Shown: positions 47,045-60,274, counted from the stretch's first letter. The stretch: 64,000 nt of DNA from Paraspadella gotoi (GCA_051294375.1 CM119270.1:2232388-2296387), one strand, 5' to 3'. The notes: a model not told the origin generated them from the letters alone. A program made the numbers and translations.

Positions 47045-47760
47045 NNNNNNNNNNNNNNNNNNNNNNNNNNNNNNNNNNNNNNNNNNNNNNNNNNNNNNNN
47101 NNNNNNNNNNNNNNNNNNNNNNNNNNNNNNNNNNNNNNNNNNNNNNNNNNNNNNNNNNNNNNNNNNNNNNNNNNNNNNNNNNNNNNNNNNNNNNNNNNNN
47201 NNNNNNNNNNNNNNNNNNNNNNNNNNNNNNNNNNNNNNNNNNNNNNNNNNNNNNNNNNNNNNNNNNNNNNNNNNNNNNNNNNNNNNNNNNNNNNNNNNNN
47301 NNNNNNNNNNNNNNNNNNNNNNNNNNNNNNNNNNNNNNNNNNNNNNNNNNNNNNNNNNNNNNNNNNNNNNNNNNNNNNNNNNNNNNNNNNNNNNNNNNNN
47401 NNNNNNNNNNNNNNNNNNNNNNNNNNNNNNNNNNNNNNNNNNNNNNNNNNNNNNNNNNNNNNNNNNNNNNNNNNNNNNNNNNNNNNNNNNNNNNNNNNNN
47501 NNNNNNNNNNNNNNNNNNNNNNNNNNNNNNNNNNNNNNNNNNNNNNNNNNNNNNNNNNNNNNNNNNNNNNNNNNNNNNNNNNNNNNNNNNNNNNNNNNNN
47601 NNNNNNNNNNNNNNNNNNNNNNNNNNNNNNNNNNNNNNNNNNNNNNNNNNNNNNNNNNNNNNNNNNNNNNNNNNNNNNNNNNNNNNNNNNNNNNNNNNNN
47701 NNNNNNNNNNNNNNNNNNNNNNNNNNNNNNNNNNNNNNNNNNNNNNNNNNNNNNNNNNNN
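47045..47760. other. Assembly gap between Gypsy fragments
   Basis: Run of N. Confidence 1.
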
Positions 47761-48105
47761 ACACACGCATCCATATTGATCTTGTGTGGCCCCAACTTCC
47801 AGAATCAGCGCGGCCACACCTACTTACTCACATGCATTCGACCGTTTTACGCGAATGGCGAAGCGATTCCACTCAGAAGAACAATTTTCGCTGCCGGCCA
47901 ATGTCGCGTCAACTTTCTCCCATGGTTCGGTCGCTGTGCAGAGCCGACTATTGCGGCGTCCCAATAATGACAGTTACTCACTTTCCGGCGACGTGGAGCT
48001 CAGTTGAGTCATTGCCCTCCGAGTTAGTGGGCAGGGCTGCAAAAACCTTGTGTTCTGTCTTGTACTTTGTTTGGATATCGGGCCCTCCGCGAACAAAACA
48101 CATGT
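47761..48105 (+). pseudogene. Gypsy integrase catalytic-core fragment, heavily frameshifted
   Basis: Piecewise translation gives IHIDLV(GP), GHTYLLTCI, DRFTR, EAIPL, ANVASTF, (D)RGAQ. Confidence 0.75.
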
Positions 48106-49876
48106 AGATATTTTGATTGTACAGTTTTTTATTGGGGTTTGAAAATGGGTATTTTTTTCTCTTTTTGACAATTTCAAAATGTCGTATCTCGGCCTTGGAT
48201 GATCTAATTTACAAATATATATATATATATATATATTTAGAATCCTTGTCTTAACCTCTTTTTATAATAATAACAAATATTGAAATTTTATAAAGTATTA
48301 ATAAATACCTTTTTAAAGTAATATCTTAAAATTAATATCAATTTGAAAATAAAGTTAAAAATTTTCCAAAATAAGCTTAAGTTAAAGCTTATCACGGTTC
48401 TTTTTATAGGAGGAAAAAGAAAATGGAAATATACCATCTCTGGAATGATAAAAACCTGAAAAGTTGCTGTCTGGACAAGAGCTTAGGCTAAGTCGAAAAA
48501 TTTTTCCAAACTCAGTTTTTTTTAAATTGCAGTTGAAGTTGGTAAGTTAATTTTTGAGAAAATTTGATAACTTTTGTACTAATTTTGCAGAATATAGACT
48601 CAATTCAAACATCTATATGTCAAACGATATCAGTATACCGAGAGCTTTATTTTAAGACCACTCTCAACTTTCTCCGACTTTTGGTTAAAAAGTTATTAAT
48701 CAAAATATATTATTTTTTCTTTAAAAAAGTAATGGAATGGTGAGTATTATTGAGAATATAATAAGACTTTAATCTGAAAAATTGAGGATACCAACGAGTT
48801 ATATAGACAGTCTTCTTTCAATTAATTCATAAATAAAATTTTTCTTCAAGCTTAAATATAGGTACATCATCCCCCCAAAAAATTAAAAAAATATAAATTA
48901 AATTTCTAAATAATTTACCATAATAATTTTCTATAATTTTACTTAATATATATGGACTAGAAACTATAGGATGTGACCTTCATTTTGAGCCTATTGCCAA
49001 CTCTTTACGATAAATATTTATTGAGATACTACCAAAGAAAGCCCCAAAAATCTTTAAAAAACATAATTTTTAATTTATTTAAGTCATATCTCAGTGCATA
49101 TATAACTTATTTTAAGTCAAATCATTTTATTCAGCAGATTAAAGTGTAAGGCACATATTAAATACCATTAGTTGTATTATTTTATCATAATTTAATCAGG
49201 ACACTTAATTTTCAGACAATTTTTACCAAATTTACATATACTTTTGGTTTTTACAGCAACAATGTACTACAACAGGTAAATAAAAATTGATGATAAAATA
49301 TGTAAGCCAAAAGACCTTAGAATGTATTATATAGTTTTAAAAATTTTTCTCATAAAGATTTAATGATATAAGGACAATAAAAAAAAAATTATATATATAA
49401 ATTAAAGATTGAAGAAAAATCATGATATTACAGTTAGTTTTTTATGATTATTGTAGTGCTTGTAGTAGTAGTCGTTGTAGTAGGGGTCTCAGTGATTGAG
49501 GTTTTTGCGTGTTTGGTGTGGGAATAATTTTTTTTGGTCATTATAATTGTTGTGGTCAATATTGTTATCATGGTTGTTATTATAATTATAATATAGTGTA
49601 AATAGATATCATATAGCAGTCATAGTAGGTGGTTGTAGCTATTATATCTGTAATAGTACTGAGAAATATGGTATGAATGTTGTGATTGTTTAGAGTGTAG
49701 GAAATATGTTTTTTGAACCAAATTTTAAAAACAATTTTTAAAATTAATTTATCCAATTGCAAAAAATTCGAATTTAAAATTTAGGGGGGATGGATAATCA
49801 GACATACAGACTTATGTTTATTTTTTCCCTCTCCCTGGTTAAAGAATATGGCTATCTTTTTATAATATAGAATCAT

Positions 49877-50524
49877 TTATGGTGGACTAAAATTCACCAA
49901 CCGTTCATCAGCGGCCATTGGTGCCAGAGCAAGTCATTCGCCTCCCAACCCAAAGGTCTGGGGTTCTAGCCCGGTGGTTGTCTGGCAGTTAAGAGGGACG
50001 GGGCGCTTAACCCGCCTGTAACATGGTGTTACAGCCTGATCCGAAGCTCAGGGACTGCTTTATATGAACGGTTCTGTCATTAACACTTATCAATAATTAC
50101 TGTCTCTTCATTGGTGAGCCCGACTTCCGAACACAACAGCAACAACAACACTTTCAGGCGACATGCCTCAACCTGGCGATGCACTTTCCGCCCACAACAC
50201 ATCAGGCGACATGCCTCAACTTGGTGACGAACTTCCACCAACAACAACAATCACTGAAGAGACGCAACAGACATCTTCCTACGGGAGGGGGGATGTATGG
50301 TGGACTAAAATCCACCAACCGTTCATCAGCGGCCATTGGTGCCGGAGGCAAGTCATTCGCCTCCCACCCAAAGGTCCGGGTTCTAGCCCGGTGGTCGTCT
50401 GGCAGTTAAGAGGGACGGGGCGCTTAATCCGCTGTAACTTGGTGTTACAGCCTGATCGAAGCTCAGGGACTGCTTATATTGAACGTTCTGTCATTAACAC
50501 TTATCAATAATTACTGTCTCTTCA
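49877..50524 (+). mobile_element. Complete miniature LTR retrotransposon (TRIM) with tRNA-derived sequence in both LTRs (Helenus/TRIMp3-like)
   Basis: 5' LTR 49877-50110, PBS TGGTGAGCCCGAC 50112-50124, ~180-bp non-coding interior, PPT GGGAGGGGGGA 50283-50293, 3' LTR TGTATGG...CTCTTCA 50294-50524, TCAT on both flanks. Confidence 0.9.
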
Positions 50525-52077
50525 TCATGATCAATAATAAAAAACTAACAATGCAATTGTTATGCACTTAAAACAATGAAAAAATATTTACCTAGTAAGG
50601 AGAAATTTAGTAAAGTAGAAAATCTTTAAATATGTAAATGAGATTATGCTTATTTTAATTTAAATTTTTGAGACCACCAGCAGATAAGGTATGCTTTGGC
50701 TATTTTATGGTTAAAAAATCAATCCAGTTCTCTGCATATTTTAGGTATAAATGACAATTGAATTTTGTTATTAAAATTTTGACCTGTGACAAAATTTTTT
50801 TCGAGATAACCGAAACTCATATATGTTGTAGAGCTACCGAAGGCCCATCTAAGACTGTAATATAAAAGCATAATATTCAATAATATAATAGTTATGACTG
50901 ATTAAAAAAATAACCCATTTAAAATATTTCCCTTAGTAAATGCTAATAAAACTGTTCAAATTTTATTCATCTTCTGACAACATCTCACAAACCCTTTTGA
51001 GTATGTATATATAAAATTTTAAAAATGTACTACTTATAATGACCAAGTTATGCAACTTTTAAATTTTTTTTTTTGGGCCTATTTTTAAGTGGTTTAGAAT
51101 TGTCCGATTTAAATTTTAACTCAATGGGCAATAGACCTATGTTGAGACTATTTTATGTTAAAATATCAGCTCATTGGACTTAAAAATAGAAGAATTATTT
51201 CATCCCTGAAAAAAGGACACTCTATGCTTCGGGTACTATAGTTTTTCGACGAATCTCAGTAGGGACAAACTCTTTTCCTTTCTATAAAAAAATATTCAAA
51301 AATAAATATTTGGGTATAGAGCCATATAAGAAATTTTTTGTACATTGAAAGTATAGTTAAAAATGCATGAATTTTCGTTTGAGCATGTTTCAATATATAC
51401 ATATAATTAAAAGAGAGAGAGAGAGACGTGACAGCCGCTGGACAGCCGCTGCAGAGAGAGATAGAGAANNNNNNNNNNNNNNNNNNNNNNNNNNNNNNNN
51501 NNNNNNNNNNNNNNNNNNNNNNNNNNNNNNNNNNNNNNNNNNNNNNNNNNNNNNNNNNNNNNNNNNNNNNNNNNNNNNNNNNNNNNNNNNNNNNNNNNNN
51601 NNNNNNNNNNNNNNNNNNNNNNNNNNNNNNNNNNNNTTCGTCCCCTGCTGATTCACACAATTTATATGTAAAAATTTAAAAAAAAAAGAGAGAGAGACAG
51701 AGAAAGAGAGAGAAAGAAGCAGGACAGATGCTGCAGAGCCAGAACTCGTTTTTAGACAAATCAGAAGAAGCAGTGACTGAGAAAAAGAGAGAGAGAGAGA
51801 GCGACATATAATTAAAAGAAAGAGAGAGAGAACGCAACATATAATTAAAAGGTTTTTGTTTTGTAAATGAAACAAACAAATACGAATATAGATATCAAAC
51901 CTGACAATTTTAAAGAACTTGATGATTAGAAGCCATATATAAATTTTCAACTCCCTATGATATCACACTTTCAGAAGCCATAATTGTAAAAAAGCGTGAC
52001 AAAGAAGGAACCCTGAATAGATTTTATTTTTGTTGAAGATGAGATTGCAGAATTTCACACAATCCGTATTTATCAAT

Positions 52078-52249
52078 TCAATCGTGAAATATCGCCATGA
52101 TAATCTTTGAAGGAGTGAACCATTTCATTTTGGAGGAACAATATTTTTTGTCTTCCATACCCCCCTCCTTGATGCCATGGTGACGATAGAATTCCGTCAG
52201 ACCGCAATTGTTGTACCAAAATCCTCCTCTCATGATTTTGGCGCAATTT
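52078..52249 (-). pseudogene. Fibrinogen-related domain (FReD) C-terminal fragment next to an assembly gap
   Basis: NCAKIMRGGFWYNNCG matches the FReD NCA-x4-GG-W-W-Y-x2-C motif; ends KIIMAI like the FReD terminal strand. Confidence 0.6.
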
Positions 52250-53967
52250 NNNNNNNNNNNNNNNNNNNNNNNNNGACCCTTGAATGTGTCAGTTAAGGCC
52301 AAGTGGGAGAAGTGGTGGAGAGCGAAGAGAAATTTATTTTATTCATTTAATTTGGCATTATTTGGATCGCTACCTTAAAGTTAGACTATAGATTCAGCGT
52401 CCCCACCCCCCCCGCTTTTGGCGTCTATTCTTTGCCTTCTCCGAATTCGCCCACTACGGCCCGTTTCTTTCCACACATCATTTTCTTCTTAACATCAAAT
52501 TCCATTTTCCGTCTTTTTGGTCCAGGCTGATGTAGAGTGGTCCAATCCAAGCCATATATTTCCCCCTTAGAGAAAAATTACCATTCAACATAGTTGGGAA
52601 AATGATATGTTGGAGAAGACGTGAAAAATTAATGGAAAACAAGGATTAAAATGATTCATAAAAAAGTATTTATAGCGGATGAATAATTGTAGGAATACTA
52701 TGCCAGGTAGATTCTTGAACATTTATTATCAATAATATTATTGTCAATTAATTAATCCTGGCTGTTTATAATGGGAAAAATTGAGTAGCTTTTATAGGTA
52801 AAGAAAAAGCAAAATAAAAAGGCAAGCAACTTGAAAGTAATTGCATTTATAAATTTAAGAAATATACTAAACTTTTATAGACGCACTTGACTTGTGTTTT
52901 ATGTATCAAACAATAGTTTTATTTTATAATATCTTGTTTTTTAAGCATTTCTTAGTATACTTCGAAGGAAACTGAGTATTCATTATTTGCGCCGACCTTT
53001 CGATGAAGAAGACGAGAAGTCTTTCAAAATAACTAAGTGTTTTTCTCAATAAATATATTTTAATTTTTAAAACTTATTTTCCTAGTGCGCAAAAGCAAAG
53101 GCCAAGATATTACAAAATTCAAACTTCAAATCTAATCTTGCCAGAATGAGCTCTCTGAAAAACTGCATAATCAATACCCATGGTCTGGAAAAACTACCTA
53201 AAAAATATTTATTGGTAGTTAAATACTTTCTCATTCTTACTTCAAACTGTTTGAAACATAGCATATCCAATAAGGCGGAAAAAGGTAAAAACTAAGAGTT
53301 CTGTCATATAAATAATGTTAAAGCATCCCTGTGGGATAACGAATTTAAAAAAAAATTAAGATTTTATATATAGCATTTAAAATTTATCGTATTACTATAA
53401 ATCAAATTCAGAATTTTTAAAAAGAGAGCTTGCAAAAATAAATAAAAAATATTATTACAAGAATTCTAAATTTTTATGTTTTATTGGTTAAAATTGTAGA
53501 CAACTTTTTATGGGCTATCTGAATCCGTTCTTAAAAAAAAAATTTTTATAAAAATTTTTTTTATTGCCTATGCATTTATAAATATTTTAATACTTCAATG
53601 TTATACTGTGCTTCACTAGTTATAAAAGTGATAGTAAATATTGATTAAGTATATGATGGACAAATGAATTTTATATGACAGAACTTCTAATGATAAAAAG
53701 GGATCAAATTTAACCCGCCTTAATGTCCAACCAACCATTTTAATAATTTTAAAAAAAGTGTCTTAACTAAAAATCATTTTAAAAATGTAAAATTTAATCC
53801 TAACCAAAGCTGAATGCCTTTTTGTACTTCTCCCATGTATTGCTCTCATTGAAAATCTTTGATCCACAGGTATCGAAATCGTTTGAGAGAAAAGTGATAT
53901 AAGTTTTGTGATGGTGATTTTCAACTGGAAAAAAATGCATGGCCATGTTATTAAATAAATATATAGG

Positions 53968-54287
53968 TAAAAAAAATCTTAAAAGCCTACTTTCAATGAT
54001 AACCAAATATTGATGCGATGATAACGAAAGGATTGATGCGATGATAACCAAATGATTGATGCAATGATAACCAATAATTGATGCGATGATAACCAAATGA
54101 TCGATGTGATGATAACCAAATGATTGATGTGATAATAACCAAATGATTGATGCGATGATAGTCATTCATTGATGTGTTGATAATCATTCATTGATACGAT
54201 GATAGTCATTCATTGATGCGATGATAGTCATTCATTGACGCAATGAATCATTCATCATAAATAAAACAAACAAATGCATGTATGAGT

Positions 54288-54341
<54 letters not shown>

Positions 54342-55714
54342 AAGAGAGAAAGAAAGAGAATAAATCCACGAAAATCTCGGATGTAAATTTGGGATTTTGC
54401 ATTGAGAAAAAAAACGGTAAGTCCCAGCCAAACCTATAAAAGCGTAGTAGTTTTTAGTCAGATCTGCTTATCAGCAGATCCTGACTCTATAATTCACTTT
54501 GTCGGTCCGTCGGTCTGCCCCCTCAATATTGTCGGGCACTAACTTATATCATGTCAGAACATCGAATTATGATATATTATCCGTCCGTCCCACCTTAGCA
54601 AAAAACACCATTTACTCGTGATTGGATGGATGGATTTGAATGGAATTATGTGCGTGGGCAGGGAAGTGTGTGATTTAGCTGGATATAAAGTTTCGATGGA
54701 ATCGTCTGAGTGAAAATGAGTTTAAATGGAAAAAAAACAAAAAACCTGTTTCACTAATTGATTATGATTCTTTTTCCTTTTATATTAAATGTATATGCAG
54801 GATGTATTAAGAAATAGAATAATTAGTCAATTAATTAATCAATAATTAATTAATCAGTCAATCAATCCGTCCATTCGTCCCACCTTAGCAAAAAGCTCCA
54901 ATAACTCGTTATTGGCTGGTTGGATTGAAATGAAATTTTGTGTGTGGGTAGGAAAGTGTGTGATAAAGCAAGACAGATAAAAAGAGAGAGAGAGAGAGAG
55001 AGAGAGAGCGATATATTTATTAAATGGATAGATAATTTTTATATTGGTTGTACCAATTTCATATAATAATTAAAAGAGAGAGAGAGAAGCTCCACAGCCC
55101 CTTTACTCATCAAAGAATCAGCAGTACCTTTGCCGCCGGACGGAGCGCGTGCTTCTCCCAACCCAAAGGACTCTGGTTCGCGCCCTGCGCCTTTTCCATT
55201 GGTGAGAATGTAGGAATGTGAAAGAGAATGGAATTTTAGGCCGAGAAATATTATTTGACATTTTTGTAATTTACCAAATTTTTCCCACAACCTTCACTCC
55301 ACAATATATATAAAAAAATTAAAAAAAAAAAAAAAAAAAGGAGAGAGAGAGAGAGAGAGAAAGAAGTTGGACAGACGCTGCAGAGCCGGAACTCGTTTTT
55401 AGACAAGTCAGAAGAAGCAGTGACGGAGAAAAAGAGAGAGAGAGAGAGAAAGCGACATATAATTAAAAGAAAGAGAGAGAAAAAGCGACATATAATTAAA
55501 ACGTTTTTGTTTTGTAAATAAAACATAAACAAATACGAATATTGATAAGAAACATGACAATTTTAAAGATCTTGATGATTAGAAGCCCTTTATAAAATTT
55601 CAACTCCTTATGATATCACACTTTCAATAGCCATGATTGCAAAAAAGTGTGACCGAAAACTAAACCGAAACAAAATCTAGCCAGGACGGGCTTTGCCCGT
55701 CCCGGCTCAATAAA
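53968..55714 (-). mobile_element. HINE family 2 copy with ~23-bp internal tandem repeats and a nested family 1 fragment (54451-54970, +)
   Basis: Homologous to 29700-30763; terminal palindrome AGCCAGGACGGGCTTTGCCCGTCCCGGCT at 55679-55707. Confidence 0.75.
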
Positions 55715-55751
55715 ACCTCTGGCTTTTTTTGTCAGAGCTTAGTCCTAAGTA

Positions 55752-58004
55752 TTGCTATTATTGCTTTTGCTTGTTTAATGCATAAAGAATATCATTTGGC
55801 GCCGACATGCATGGCAAATTTGACTTCTGGTTCCATCGCTCACCGGACAATCCACCACATCACTCTCTGACGAGAGCTCAGAAAACATGTATAAGCCTCA
55901 TTTCAATATTTATTATTTTTTTTTTAATAAACCATATGATGATAGAAAATTGCCTTTATTTTGTCACAAACCTTTTGAGTAATCAATACATTTATCACAG
56001 AGGCAGTGATCTTTTGTTTTTCCACACCATCCAAATGGGGAACAGCAAGGATAATCGCCATCTGGCTTACAGATGAAAGTTTGCCCATTGATAAGGCCAC
56101 ATCTGCCGTTTTTTCCAATTTTTTTTTCTGATCAACAAAAAAAATTATATTTTTATTTACTGAAAACTACTCAGTTGGATTTAGGCGACATGATCTCGTG
56201 AAATTGACTTTAAATTAAATTTGAATTGATAACTTAAAAATGTTTATGGAGTTGTAAAAAGCCTACTTTCAATGATAACCAAATATTGATGCGATGATAA
56301 CGAAAGGATTGATGCGATGATAACCAAATGATTGATGCAATGATAACCAATAATTGATGCAATGATAACCAATAATTGATGCGATGATACACCCTCCCCG
56401 CCTCCCTCACCTCGTCCCCCGGGCCGTCCGCCCGGCCGCCGCACGAGAATCCTTCCAACATCGACACGAGTACTACGATCGTCGACTCGTGGAAATTTAG
56501 CAATTTATATTTAGCAAACATACACCTATTACTTATAATATCGTCAGCGGAAACGAGTCTCCGCCTCCCTTCGATCCCTCTCTATCTCACCCTCTCCCTC
56601 TCTCTCTCTTTCTCTCTTGCGGAGAGACAGCGATCGGACGAATCAGAAGACGAGAAGTGGGACTAGGGCAAAGGGAGGGACGAAGATCATGGGCCGTGGG
56701 CTGTGAGAAGGAAAAGACTTTAGTGTTGCAATTCGCCCTCGGCCCGAATGGTTGTTTTTAATATCCTCTTTTTTTCTTACATCAATTTCCCTTGTAAATA
56801 AACTGTACAAATAGATGCCTTGAAGTTGAAACGTATAAACTTATTTTAAACTCATTGAAATTAGCCAAAACGGCAAAGTGGTTGCTATTATTGCTTTTGC
56901 TTGTTTAATGCATAAAGAATATCATTTGGCGCCGACATGCATGGCAAATTTGACTTCTGGTTCCATCGCTCACCGGACAATCCACCACATCACTCTCTGA
57001 TGAGAGCTCAGAAAACATGTATAAGCCTCATTTCAATATTTATTATTTTTTTTTTAATAAACCATATGATGATAGAAAATTGCCTTTATTTTGTCACAAA
57101 CCTTTTGAGTAATCAATACATTTATCACAGAGGCAGTGATCTTTTGTTTTTCCACACCATCCAAATGGGGAACAGCAAGGATAATCGCCATCTGGCTTAC
57201 AGATGAAAGTTTGCCCATTGATAAGGCCACATCTGCCGTTTTTTCCATTTTTTTTTTCTGATCAACAAAAAAAATTATATTTTTATTTACTGAAAACTAC
57301 TCAGTTGGATTTAGGCGACATGATCTCGTGAAATTGACTTTAAATTAAATTTGAATTGATAACTTAAAAATGTTTATGGAGTTGTAAAAAGCCTACTTTC
57401 AATGATAACCAAATATTGATGCGATGATAACGAAAGGATTGATGGATGATAACCAAATGATTGATGCAATGATAACCAATAATTGATGCAATGATAACCA
57501 ATAATTGATGCGATGATACACCCTCCCCGCCTCCCTCACCTCGTCCCCGGGCCGTCCGCCCGGCCGCCGCACGAGAATCCTTCCAACATCGACACGAGTA
57601 CTACGATCGTCACCTCGTGGAAATTAGCAATTTATATTTAGCAAACATACACCTATTACTTATAATATCGTCAGCGGAAACGAGTCTCCGCCTCCCTTCG
57701 ATCCCTCTCTATCTCACCCTCTCCTCTCTCTCTCTTTCTCTCTTGCGGAGAGACAGCGATCGGACGAATCAGAAGACGAGAAGTGGGACTAGGGCAAAGG
57801 GAGGGACGAAGATCATGGGCCGTGGGCTGTGAGAAGGAAAAGACTTTAGTGTTGCAATTCGCCCTCGGCCCGAATGGTTGTTTTTAATATCCTCTTTTTT
57901 TCTTACATCAATTTCCCTTGTAAATAAACTGTACAAATAGATGCCTTGAAGTTGAACGTATAAACTTAATTTTAAACTCATTGAAATTAGCCAAAACGGC
58001 AAAG
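55752..58004 (+). repeat. Near-identical tandem duplication, two ~1.13-kb units (55752-56878, 56882-58004)
   Basis: Direct comparison; differences are mostly single-base indels. Confidence 0.93.
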
Positions 58005-60274
58005 ATATAAATATTAAAAAAAATATTAAGTTAGGTCAATTTCTTTTTAATGTCAAAATTATAAATCAAAAGTCGTTCAACTACTATCAATAATTTCTTT
58101 AAGAACCAAATTTGTCGGTTAATGAATTTTTTCTCCATATTTTTTTAAATCAATTTTAAACATTTGAAACTTTCCAACAACTTCAGAGGGCTTCTATGAT
58201 AATCAGCATATGAGAAAAAGTTGTTTTTGCCTAAAAAGAGAGGTTTATCCGGAAATTTAGTCCATTTGGATCACTGTGCCGGGCCTCCCGTTCAACTCCC
58301 GTTCAACCCTAACCCTAACCGCCTTCGACACGTCAACCACGGGCTCCTCCCTCAACCCTAACTAGATACCTCACTCGAGAGCCAATATTAGTTGTTTTTT
58401 TTATATATTTTTATCGGGGTCCTTGGAGGATGATATCATTATTCACTTGCAAAAAAACATTTTTAAATTCCTACAATGGTTTCCGAGATATAGTCATAAA
58501 CGTCAGCCTCGAAAAGCGAAATTTGTCAGAATAAAATTTTCGAGTTTCTTCTTAGATTTCTGACGCGCTAGTACAAACTATTTAAAAAAAAGAGAAAACG
58601 TTTTGCTGATTTCTTCCAGCATAATCGATAAATGTGTAAGACGATGGGTACACCTGAAAGTGATATGTCTCTAGAGGACGAAAAATTTTTCTTTAGATTT
58701 TATTTTAAAATTTAGGTATTGTACCAATAGGATAAATTGAGATACTCCCACTTTGCCGAAATTTTTATTTAACAAAGATTTGTACTGCATAGTTCAAATC
58801 CTTAGTTCTCTAACGGTAAAAAAAGTTTTTTTCTTGAATAACTTTGGAAAGAAAAGAGGTAGGAATGTGAGTGAGGTATTAAATTAAAGCCCTAATCATG
58901 GGACACCACTCTAAAATAATTTTATTAAATTTTATCCATAAATCTTTACACAGCTTTTATTTAAATCGGAGTTAAAAGTATAACAGTTTTTTGCATTAAA
59001 AATTTCAATGAAGGCATGCAAACTTTTTTTTCTTCTTTCGTAATTTGAAAAAGGAAAGACTAAATTACATTTTGATTACCATTAAATTTTCTCTACTCTA
59101 TAAATTTCCTTGTATTTTTTAGTGAAAGTAAAAAACAAGCAAAAATTTATGAAGTAGCTGGATAAAATGTTTTTTTAAATATGAAAAATGATAAATACAA
59201 AAATATTTTCAGATTGATATAAACAGTCTGGACGTCTACCTTCTTGTCTGCGAAAAAAAAATTTTCATTTTTCATTATCTTCAACTGCAAACAAAAAGCT
59301 TGACACGCTGTTTGTTTATCATAATAAAATTTTAAAAAATTACATAGCTGGCGACGTATTTGACAAAGTAAGACATCATTGTTAGAGCCAAACTTTGTCA
59401 ATGGGGTGGTTTGATTTGGGAACCTTCCCAAATGAAACTTCATACATTTCTGAGAAAGCTTTCAATGGAACAAAATTTTCTAAAATGGCTAGAAGCACTA
59501 GTAATTAATTTTTTAATATTTATTTATAGATAGGAAATGTCAAAAATTTTTTTTTGAATTTTGTATTTTTAAAAGCAGATTCAGATAGCTTATTAAAAGT
59601 TGTCTACACAAAGTATAATTCTTTTTTCAATATTTTGATGATAAGTGGGTCAATATTGGGAAAAACCTGAAAAAATCATCAAAATTTTAAAAAGTTGTAA
59701 TTACATTTTTTGTTTAACTTTTTGAGCTCTATCACAATCAATTAAAAAATCTTAAAATATCTAAAAAAAATTTTTGACATTATATAGCACGATGTGTGCA
59801 AATAATTTAAATTAACGAATTACTCATGGTTCGGAACATTTTTGTAAAAAAATATTTTAACACAATAACTAATACTAATAATGGATTTGTTTAATGCTGT
59901 TCCCATTAAAATTTAAATTTGGTCGGCTACCGCTATCATTGTGTTTATTTGTATTGATAATTTTCTTTTAAATATAACAACCTTTATACAAGGAATTTAA
60001 TTCTATTACTTATCATCCGTTTTAATTAAGAAAAAAAATTTCGCAGAATAGCCCATTGGAAAGGGTTCATTGACTGACTTAATGATCGATTTTTTAGGTT
60101 TCTTTACTGCCCCCATTTTACAAGACATAAAAGGTCAAAAATATATGAAAAAAAAAGAAAAAACGTTCTGACAAATTTAAAAATTTATGGAGGAATCAAC
60201 CCTAACCCTAAACCGGGCCTCCAGTTCAACTCAGTGCCTTCCCCTAACCCTAACCCAGGCCCGGGTCTCCCGTA

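Noticed and set aside
46985-47817. ORFs of about 260 aa
   Set aside because: Almost entirely N-gap
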